Positions 56,548 through 64,000 of a DNA stretch of 64,000 nt are shown here, piece by piece. Position 1 is the stretch's first letter. The number at the start of each line of letters is the position of its first letter. The stretch is from Turneriella sp. GTDB taxonomy: Bacteria > Spirochaetota > Leptospiria > Turneriellales > Turneriellaceae. The translations under genes and the position numbers were made by a program. The stretch spans positions 3,424,001 through 3,488,000 of the forward strand of contig CBDIID010000003.1 in NCBI GenBank assembly GCA_965279515.1. The letters run 5' to 3'. A model generated the notes under the pieces. The model was not told where the DNA came from. It did no database searches and saw only the letters and a program-made list of their open reading frames with translations.

Positions 56548-57854
56548 GCCTCAAAACACCGACGGTGTATCACACAGTCGCACTGCCCTTTGCCGTGCTC
56601 TGCCTCGTCTTGGGGCTCGGTTTTCTGCGGTTTACCGCCGGGATTGAAACCGAGGAACTTCGGCATCGCCTGAACAGCCTCACCTTACGTTCTGAATCGC
56701 GCGATGCCTCGGACCTTTTGATTCGCCTCGAAGAAGAACTCAGGGGCAATGCCGCGAAACTGACAAAACAGGAAATTCCCGAAGACGAGCTGCGCCTGCT
56801 CTCGGCTTTTCCCGAGCGCGCAACGGGCGATACTGGCTGGCTTTCACGGGAAGCGCTGCCGTTAAAATTTTTCCGCAATGTAATTTCACTGATGCAGCGC
56901 GCGGCAGGCATCAGGCCCGTGCAGCATATCTATCTCGACGACGAGCTCGATTTGATCACACTTGCGTACAACCTCGAACGCCGCCGCTATTATTCAGAGG
57001 CACTCGTGACATTCCAGAAGGCATTGAAGCCCGGTGTTTCGCCTGCGACGCGGGATTTTATCCTGCTGCACTCGGGGTATACGTTCTTTTTTCTCGCCGA
57101 GTACGATTCGGCGCGCAATGCCTGGAAAGATGTCATGGCCTCGCCGGCGAATGCCACGAACCGGGATATTGCAGAAAAGCTGGTGGCTTGGCTCGAACGT
57201 TTTCTCGCCAAGCGCGGCAAAACTGATTTAATCGCGAACAAGAAAAACCGCGCGCTGGAATTTTATCGTATCATGGCGTACAAAGATTCGCTTGAGGCGC
57301 TGTTGCAGGTCACGGAAGCCGAGCGCGATCAGAAGTATTATTACCTGCGCGGCCGGGTGCGCGAGGCGCCGGGTGAATACGCCGCCGCCGTTGAAGATTA
57401 CCGTAAAACGATTGTGAAAGATAGCGGCAGCGAAGTGGCGGCGCTCGCCAACCGCCGGCTCTACCTCATGGGTGCGTTTTATCGCCGCAACGAGCGGCTG
57501 GCCGAGGCGGCAAAAACCGCGGGCACGGGGTTCGGCGACGCAAAGTTTTTCGGCGCAGCTGTGCCTTATGCGGGAAATCCCACTGAGTTAAGAAGCGACG
57601 CGCCTCAAAAGGACTATGTGCCCGAAGAGGCCTACCAGGATCTCATTCGCACGACGGGGCAAAAACTCACCGAAAAGCCGGAGCAGGCGAAAAAGAAGCT
57701 GCTGACGGTGCGCATCAAGACGCATAACGGCTCGGTGATTACGGGCCGGCAGGTCGGGGCGAACGCCGAGTTGGTTATCATTGAGAACGAGAATGGACGA
57801 TTCCGCATACCGTCTGACGACATCGAAACTAAAGAAATTGTGTCCGGTAATTGA
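56544..57854 (+). CDS. membrane-anchored TPR protein with small C-terminal beta domain
   Basis: N-terminal TM, TPR-like helices, C-terminal 'IKTHNGSVITGRQV...GRFRIP..DI'. Confidence 0.78.
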   Translation: MSLKTPTVYHTVALPFAVLCLVLGLGFLRFTAGIETEELRHRLNSLTLRSESRDASDLLIRLEEELRGNAAKLTKQEIPEDELRLLSAFPERATGDTGWLSREALPLKFFRNVISLMQRAAGIRPVQHIYLDDELDLITLAYNLERRRYYSEALVTFQKALKPGVSPATRDFILLHSGYTFFFLAEYDSARNAWKDVMASPANATNRDIAEKLVAWLERFLAKRGKTDLIANKKNRALEFYRIMAYKDSLEALLQVTEAERDQKYYYLRGRVREAPGEYAAAVEDYRKTIVKDSGSEVAALANRRLYLMGAFYRRNERLAEAAKTAGTGFGDAKFFGAAVPYAGNPTELRSDAPQKDYVPEEAYQDLIRTTGQKLTEKPEQAKKKLLTVRIKTHNGSVITGRQVGANAELVIIENENGRFRIPSDDIETKEIVSGN

Positions 57855-57927
57855 CGCGGTGCACTCTACCCTTTAACAGGGACCAAAAATACTTGTTACA
57901 GCTATTCCGTTGCCGATCATGGTATGA

Positions 57928-58470
57928 ATGTCCGGCGAGAGGGAGCTGAACGAGTCTTTGCGGTTACTTTACGAAGCGGAGGGCCCGAAGTTGTACGGAT
58001 ATCTCGTGAAAAAAGGCGGCGCCACGCTCGCCGAAGACATTATGCAAGAGGCCTTTACCCGGCTCTTTACCCGCCTGCGCAAGGCCGCCGACGTGTCGAA
58101 TGCCCGCGCCTACCTTTTCCAGATTGCCCGCCATCTTTTATACCATGAAACCGCTTCGTCGGCCAAGTTTACGTCGGATGCCCTGCTCGAGAACCGCGCG
58201 GCTCCCGAAGGCACGGGTGATCCCGACCGCCTGGCGGAACGCGACCTGCTTTCAACTCTCGGTGAGGCTGTGAAGATACTCAATGCCAAAGAAGCCGAGA
58301 TTTTCGAGATGCGCTGGAACCTGAACCTGACGCAGGTCGAGATCGCCGCGGCTCTCGATAAGAGCGAGCGGCAGATACGCCGCGATCTCGAGAAAATTGT
58401 TTCTAAACTGCGCGCCTTTTTCAAAGAAAGGGGTTGGGGCGACGCCGCTGCGGCGTTTGAGGCGCCATGA
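57928..58470 (+). CDS. ECF sigma-70 factor
   Basis: Region 2 'AEDIMQEAF...AYLFQIAR', region 4 'LTQVEIAAALDKSERQIRR'. Confidence 0.9.
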   Translation: MSGERELNESLRLLYEAEGPKLYGYLVKKGGATLAEDIMQEAFTRLFTRLRKAADVSNARAYLFQIARHLLYHETASSAKFTSDALLENRAAPEGTGDPDRLAERDLLSTLGEAVKILNAKEAEIFEMRWNLNLTQVEIAAALDKSERQIRRDLEKIVSKLRAFFKERGWGDAAAAFEAP

Positions 58471-59378
58471 AAAAAGAACAACTCAAAGAAGAATTTTTCA
58501 AATACCTGGTCGACGAGCCTTCCACGGCTAAGGAAAAAATTGCCCGGCTCGCCGCCGAAGAGATGAGCGCGACAGCGATGGAACCACCCGCCGCGCTGTG
58601 GTCAAAAATTCAAAAAAAAATCTCTGAGCAACGTGCCATCGAAGATGTCAGTTTTGGCTCAAAACTGAAATCCCTATTCTCTCCGCCCCTGATGCCGGCC
58701 CTGACGCTGGGGGCTATCGGTATTCTTGTCGGCGCCTTTCTGCTCATCAGCCAGGGCAGCACGCCCAAAGAAGTTCCCCTTGTTGAAATCACGAAGGCGA
58801 TTCCCAAACAAAAGGGGGATGTTCTTTTGGCGAAGGGTATGCGCATCGAAAATCTCGGCGGCGGCACAATTGCGAGAATTGCAGGCAATACAGATAAAAT
58901 TATTTTATCGAGCGGTTCGTGGCAGATGGCACTCGAGCACAAGGCGCTCGAGAAACCTGTGCAGTTTATTTTCCCGGGCGGCGCGCTCGAGCCCATCGGT
59001 ACTGCTTTCACGATCACGATTGGCAACGATGGCACAGCTGTAAATCTGATCGAAGGCCGCATTCGCCTCTATGAACGGGACGCCGCAGACGCAAAAAAGT
59101 GGAAGTCGAGTGAAGTCGCCGCGCCTTTCCATGGCACGCTGAAGCCGGCCCCGGTCGAAACAGAAATTAAAATCGAAGCCGACATTGTCGAGAAAAAGAA
59201 AGAGATACCGTCGAAGTATGCTAACTATGTGGGCAAAGATATCAGCGTCGAACTCAAAAACGGCGATAGGCTTTCGGGCAAGCTGCGCGCGATCAAGGAT
59301 GGCGTGCTTTCGATCGCCAATGCTTCGGGCAATCTCAGAATCCGCGAACGCGATGTGGTCAGCCTTAGCCGCAATTGA
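58467..59378 (+). CDS. anti-sigma factor, FecR-like
   Basis: ATGA overlap with sigma gene; 'EPPAALWSKI', one TM, 'IGTAFTI...VNLIEGRI'. Confidence 0.8.
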   Translation: MKKEQLKEEFFKYLVDEPSTAKEKIARLAAEEMSATAMEPPAALWSKIQKKISEQRAIEDVSFGSKLKSLFSPPLMPALTLGAIGILVGAFLLISQGSTPKEVPLVEITKAIPKQKGDVLLAKGMRIENLGGGTIARIAGNTDKIILSSGSWQMALEHKALEKPVQFIFPGGALEPIGTAFTITIGNDGTAVNLIEGRIRLYERDAADAKKWKSSEVAAPFHGTLKPAPVETEIKIEADIVEKKKEIPSKYANYVGKDISVELKNGDRLSGKLRAIKDGVLSIANASGNLRIRERDVVSLSRN

Positions 59379-59417
59379 TTCAATGGCGACAGACATGATC
59401 AACGCAGGGGACGCAAA

Positions 59418-60488
59418 GTGACGCAAAGTAATAAAGCTATTCGGGTCTTTGCGCAACTCTGCGCACTCTGCGTTTTTTTCCTGGCATCTGTCGTATCGGC
59501 CACCGTCATCGTCCAGAAAAACGGCGACGTCATCAGCGGCCGCATTCTTGAAGAAAAGACGGATAAATATGTTTTCCAAAGCCCCTACGGCAAATTACAG
59601 ATAGCGAAGGCGAATGTCTTAAAGCTGATTCTCGATGAAAAAACGATCGAGCTGAAAAACGTCACGGTGGGCGATAAGACCGTCAAGGCGCGGCTCGTGA
59701 ACCAGGACAACAATACATCCGTCTATCTGACAGAAGACGGCCGTACGATTCGTAAAGACGACAAAGAGAACGCAGAGCCGGCGAAAAAAGATTTTCCGCG
59801 CGATAAAGTCATCATCGGCCTTTCAGGTTATTATGGTTTTTCGACTTTTCAGCAGTTTGCCACTGAAAACTCCGGTGGCCCCCCGCCACTCGAGCAGTCA
59901 TGGCACCCGAATACATTTGGCTTCAATTTGTCGGGGCATTACGCCCTGTTCCGTTACATGGGTTTCGGTCTGAACGCCTCGTTTCACCGTTGGGCCAATA
60001 CCGTGAGTTTTGCGCCACTGGCGCCGGCGCCGGGTTTTGATGCTGCAACCAGCAACCAATCGCTTTTTGCCGGCGCCTCCTTGGTTTTTTCTCTTTTGGG
60101 AAATCTCGGGTCGACGGTTCATGCGCACGACATACGCCTCGAGATTGCCGGGGGCGGTTCTTTCAATTCAGCCAATATCGATATGACTTTCAAACAGCCG
60201 CTCTCCGGGTTTCCGGCTTCGGCAAACGCGACGGGTAAGAATCGCGCCGCCGCACTCGATACACAGCTTTATTATACCTACAGTTTTTCCCCGTCCTTCA
60301 GGGTTCGCATGGGCTTTGGTTACCACCGCATTTTTTACACGAACATCTATGAACCGACTCTGCAGAGTGCATCTGCGTTTCCCGGTGCGCCTGGCGGCTT
60401 TAAAGGCGATTTCGAAAAAAGCCTGGGCTCAGAGGGGAAGAACCCCCAGATTATTTCAATTCTGCTCGGTTTCGAAATCGGCTTTTAG
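59418..60488 (+). CDS. outer-membrane protein with small N-terminal beta domain (recalled as LA_0442/LA_0875-like)
   Basis: Signal peptide; 'IVQKNGDVISGRILEE...YGKLQIAK'; C-terminal barrel ending LGFEIGF. Confidence 0.78.
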   Translation: MTQSNKAIRVFAQLCALCVFFLASVVSATVIVQKNGDVISGRILEEKTDKYVFQSPYGKLQIAKANVLKLILDEKTIELKNVTVGDKTVKARLVNQDNNTSVYLTEDGRTIRKDDKENAEPAKKDFPRDKVIIGLSGYYGFSTFQQFATENSGGPPPLEQSWHPNTFGFNLSGHYALFRYMGFGLNASFHRWANTVSFAPLAPAPGFDAATSNQSLFAGASLVFSLLGNLGSTVHAHDIRLEIAGGGSFNSANIDMTFKQPLSGFPASANATGKNRAAALDTQLYYTYSFSPSFRVRMGFGYHRIFYTNIYEPTLQSASAFPGAPGGFKGDFEKSLGSEGKNPQIISILLGFEIGF

Positions 60489-60510
60489 GCGTCGCGTTTC
60501 CGCAGGAAAC

Positions 60511-61353
60511 TTATTTCGGATAAGCGAATGGCAGGCTGACCGGCTGGCCCATGATGTTGAACTCGACCGCCGAAGTAAAACGGTAGTCGGTAGAACTCAG
60601 GTCGCGCAGTTTCGGCACGAGATCGATAATGTCGCGGCCGCGCAGGTTGACGGGGATCGAAATCTGCGAATCGGACCCTTTGGGCAGGGTCTGGTTTTGT
60701 TTCGTGCCACTGACTACGTTCGTGCCGGCAGCAGTGAACCCATATTCGATTTTGGGTATCTTGATGTCGAACGGGTTGGAGTTCTTCACATTGAATTTCA
60801 GATTGAACGTCGCACTGGGATTCAACGGATTTGAGAAGTTCATGCTGCCGAAGTCGAGCGAACCGAAAGCGACATGGGGTAATTTTGGCACAGGTACAAC
60901 CTTACTGCCCTCAATCGGTACATTGATCGTCCCGATCAGGTCATTGACATAAATACCCACTGCGCCCTTCAGCGCGATCTCTACGGAGTCCTTTTTAGCA
61001 AATTCAAAGATGGCTTCGACGGTTTCGACATAACGCACACGCTGTACGATCGAGAATTGTGTGGTTTCATTGGCTTTGATAACGACGTTTTTATCATTCT
61101 GCGCATCGATCATCCGCTTGCCGTCGACGCTGATCTGGAAGGCCAGCTTTGAAAACGTGACGCCAAAGCTGACTTTATTGTGGATGGAGTAGATATATTC
61201 AATATCCGCCCCTTCGAAATCGAAGCCCTTGAGCTGGATATCTTTGAGAGCGATTGTCGGCGCGTATTCGCTGAGTGTGTTCTGTAACAGCGAGCAGGAA
61301 AGCAGGGGGATTAAAACTGTAATCAGGGTAAAGGGTCTTAAAAAACGGCGCAT
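60511..61353 (-). CDS. LEA type 2 (WHy) double-domain lipoprotein
   Basis: Lipobox LLSC; 'IHNKVSFGV', 'VKNSNPFDIKIPKIEY'. Confidence 0.85.
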   Translation of the reverse strand: MRRFLRPFTLITVLIPLLSCSLLQNTLSEYAPTIALKDIQLKGFDFEGADIEYIYSIHNKVSFGVTFSKLAFQISVDGKRMIDAQNDKNVVIKANETTQFSIVQRVRYVETVEAIFEFAKKDSVEIALKGAVGIYVNDLIGTINVPIEGSKVVPVPKLPHVAFGSLDFGSMNFSNPLNPSATFNLKFNVKNSNPFDIKIPKIEYGFTAAGTNVVSGTKQNQTLPKGSDSQISIPVNLRGRDIIDLVPKLRDLSSTDYRFTSAVEFNIMGQPVSLPFAYPK

Positions 61354-61370
61354 CGTTCCGAGAGGGTGAT

Positions 61371-61386
61371 TTGACAGCGTTGTCAA
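61371..61386. promoter_or_regulatory. palindrome between the divergent LEA2 and acyl-CoA dehydrogenase genes
   Basis: TTGACA-GCGT-TGTCAA (a consensus -35 hexamer on both strands). Confidence 0.55.
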
Positions 61387-61465
61387 CTAAAACTAGGCCA
61401 AAACTCCGTCCAGCGGAACCGTATTCCAGCTTTACAAGATACTGACATTTTCTTGGTTAATTGTC

Positions 61466-63181
61466 ATGAGTAAAAAGAACCTGCTTCTCAACCCCAAAAC
61501 GGAAAAATTCGAACATCTCGACGTTGCCTCGCGTCGCCTGATGACCAAGACCATCGAATACTTTGAGAAGAAGGGCCTGAAAAGCCTGAAACACGACGAC
61601 CACGAACGCGTCTGGTACGCCGATTTTCTGAATGTTATTAAAGAGGAAAAGATTTTTGCGACGCTCATGACTCCAGCAGGCTATGGCCCCAAAGATTCAC
61701 GCTGGGATACCTACCGTAACTGCGACTTCAGCGAGGTGACGGCATTTTATGGTCTCGCGTATTGGTACACCTGGCAGGTGACGATGCTGGGCCTCGGCCC
61801 GATCTGGATGAGCAAGAATGAAAAAGTCAAAAATAAAACTGCGGAACTGCTGCAGCAAGGTGGTATCTTTGCCTTTGGGTTATCGGAACGTGCCCACGGC
61901 GCGGACCTGATTTCGAGCGAAGTCACACTCACACCAAATGGTGACGGTAAATACCTTGCGACCGGTAGAAAGTATTACATCGGCAACGGCAATAAGGCCG
62001 CGCTCGTTTCAACGTTTGGCAAAGTTGCCGGCACCGGCGACTATGTGTTCTTTGTCGTCGAGGCATCCCACCCGAAATACAAACTTGTGCAGAACGTGGT
62101 CAACAGCCAGAATTATGTGTCGGAGTACGAACTCGACAACTACCCGATCACCGACGACGACATTTTAGCCGTGGGCCGCGAGGCCTGGGATATGTCGCTC
62201 GCGACAGTTGCGCTCTGCAAGTATAACCTCGGTTGGGCGTCTGTGGGTATCTGTACCCATGCATTCTATGAGGCGATCAACCACGCTTCGAACCGCGTGC
62301 TGTTCCGCCACAAGGTGACCGAATTCAGCCATATTCAGCAGTTCTTCGTCGATGCCTATACGCGCCTCATCTCCATGAAACTTTTCGCGCGCCGCGCGTC
62401 CGATTACATGCGCGCCGCTTCGGAAGGTGACAAGCGCTACCTGCTCTATAACCCGATGGTGAAGATGAAAGTCACGATGCAGGGCGAAGAAGTCATCAAC
62501 CTGCTCTGGGACGTCATCGCCGCGCGCGGTTTTGAGAAAGATCTTTATTTTGAAATGGCGGCGCGCGACATCCGCGGCTTGCCGAAACTCGAGGGCACGG
62601 CGCAGGTCAACATGGTGCTGATTCTGAAGTTCATCGACAACTTCCTCTTCAACCCGAGCGACTTGCCCGAGCTACCAAAAAACGATTCGTTGGGTAACGA
62701 TGCCTTCATGTTCACGCAGGGCGCGACGTCGAAGGCGCAGAACAAAATTCTCTTCCACGACTACAACAAGGCATATGACCAGTTCAAGCAGCTCGAGAAT
62801 ATTAAGGTCTTCCGCACGCAGATCGATGCATACAAAGAACTGATCAAGAATGCACCACCCGAAAAAGACCAGACCCGCGACCTCGACTTCATGTTAATCT
62901 ACGGCGAACTCTTCACTCTTGTGGCTTATGGCCAGCTGGTGCTCGAAGCCGCGAAGATTGAAAATCTCGATATCGACCTCGTCGACCAGATCTTCGACTA
63001 TATGGTGCGGGACTTTTCGAAGTATGCCGTGCAGCTCTATTCGAAAACCAGCAGCACGCCTGCGCAGATGGCAGCCTGCCTCAAGATGGTGAAGAAACCC
63101 GTGGCAAACGCAGAACGTTATGAGCGCGTGCGCGACGAGTATGTCTACTCACTCGCCGGCCAGTATGCGATGAACCCGTAA
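61466..63181 (+). CDS. acyl-CoA dehydrogenase
   Basis: AFGLSERAHGAD, GRKYYIGNG, PKLEGT. Confidence 0.93.
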   Translation: MSKKNLLLNPKTEKFEHLDVASRRLMTKTIEYFEKKGLKSLKHDDHERVWYADFLNVIKEEKIFATLMTPAGYGPKDSRWDTYRNCDFSEVTAFYGLAYWYTWQVTMLGLGPIWMSKNEKVKNKTAELLQQGGIFAFGLSERAHGADLISSEVTLTPNGDGKYLATGRKYYIGNGNKAALVSTFGKVAGTGDYVFFVVEASHPKYKLVQNVVNSQNYVSEYELDNYPITDDDILAVGREAWDMSLATVALCKYNLGWASVGICTHAFYEAINHASNRVLFRHKVTEFSHIQQFFVDAYTRLISMKLFARRASDYMRAASEGDKRYLLYNPMVKMKVTMQGEEVINLLWDVIAARGFEKDLYFEMAARDIRGLPKLEGTAQVNMVLILKFIDNFLFNPSDLPELPKNDSLGNDAFMFTQGATSKAQNKILFHDYNKAYDQFKQLENIKVFRTQIDAYKELIKNAPPEKDQTRDLDFMLIYGELFTLVAYGQLVLEAAKIENLDIDLVDQIFDYMVRDFSKYAVQLYSKTSSTPAQMAACLKMVKKPVANAERYERVRDEYVYSLAGQYAMNP

Positions 63182-63185
63182 CGGT

Positions 63186-64000
63186 TCAGGTGGATTGCAT
63201 CTTCGCCAGATAATAGCTGCTATAACCCGCCTTATCTTTGGCTGCCGCGAGCTCAAAATAACGGCGGGCTTCGGTGATCTTTCCGGCACTGAAATAACTG
63301 CGGCCGATTTCTTCGAGCAGCAGCGGGTGTTCGCCATGCTTCACTATTTCGTTTTGCAGGTGGGTTACGGCGACATCGACACCCTGTTGTTTGCGCAAAA
63401 CGCGAATCAGCGATATCGCAGCACGCAGGGGGAGTGATATGTTTTTCTGCAGGATCTCTTCGATGCGCGCGGCATTGCCTTCGGCAAGCGCAGCGCGGCT
63501 GAGCTCGACGTGGGCGATCAGCGCCGAGTCAGAACCGTGCGGTTTTGTCACCGCGCGCGGCTCACCTAAAATATCCACGGTGACAAGCGTGCGGTCGTCG
63601 TTGGCACTTTCAGCACCGAAAAAAAGATCGGTGGCGGCGAAAACAGATGCGGTAAACTGCCGCGCCCCGGCGCCGGCGCTGTCCTTGAGCAGGTCTTGCA
63701 GGCGGCTCTCTCCCCAGAATTCGCCGCTCTTCTGCCGCGCCTCGGTGATGCCGTCGGTATAGATCAGCAGCCGGTCGTCCTTTTTCAACTGCACACGCCG
63801 CACCGGAAAGTTGAGCGCCGGCAGCTTGCCTAGAATCGTACCGCCGCTATCGAGTGAGGCGATGGAGTTATCCGATAAGAGAAACATTTCCGGGTGTGCG
63901 GCACCGCAGTATTCGAGTTCAAAAGAATCGGGATGGATCTTGCAGAGAATCCCTGTGAGATAAAAATCTGTCTGCCCGATGATGCGGCACATGTCATCAT
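63186..64000 (-). CDS. SpoIIE/PP2C phosphatase with C-terminal TPR-like region (5' truncated by the window)
   Basis: YCGAAHP, LLIYTDGITEA, WGESRL, NDDRTLV. Confidence 0.88.
   Translation of the reverse strand, partial: DDMCRIIGQTDFYLTGILCKIHPDSFELEYCGAAHPEMFLLSDNSIASLDSGGTILGKLPALNFPVRRVQLKKDDRLLIYTDGITEARQKSGEFWGESRLQDLLKDSAGAGARQFTASVFAATDLFFGAESANDDRTLVTVDILGEPRAVTKPHGSDSALIAHVELSRAALAEGNAARIEEILQKNISLPLRAAISLIRVLRKQQGVDVAVTHLQNEIVKHGEHPLLLEEIGRSYFSAGKITEARRYFELAAAKDKAGYSSYYLAKMQST

Noticed and set aside
1..64000. tRNA, rRNA, prophage, integrase or intact transposase
   Set aside because: None recognised; intergenic spaces are short and mostly accounted for

Overview
Gene-dense bacterial chromosomal window of moderate GC. 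Spirochaete-style lipoproteins and domain content suggest a Leptospiraceae (Turneriella-like) genome; this is an inference. Housekeeping genes include metF, mutS, trpF, korAB, ilvA, pspA, rRNA methyltransferases and an acyl-CoA dehydrogenase. They are mixed with a LolCDE/LolA-like export operon, a GH1-MFS-ROK sugar locus, a GT4/GH130 pair and an ECF-sigma/partner-switching cluster. No tRNA, rRNA, CRISPR array or intact transposase was seen. Main unexplained signals: (1) a dispersed family of C-rich/G-rich palindromic repeats (7 units at 6 loci), mostly translated in frame at protein termini, with one inverted pair bracketing an internally deleted DUF559 endonuclease gene; (2) an operon of PqqD/RRE, ATP-grasp ligase, PLP decarboxylase, a urea-transporter/M23-peptidase fusion and two TPR proteins, with no visible precursor peptide but a leader-like YxxPxI motif on the decarboxylase; (3) a catalytically atypical FabF-like ketosynthase coupled to a membrane sensor with a degenerate AAA+ domain and Fis HTH; (4) a beta-propeller lipoprotein gene between direct repeats of the upstream gene's 3' end; (5) a shared small 'NGxxxxG' beta domain in three neighbouring envelope proteins of the ECF locus; (6) a 111-bp MITE-like element.
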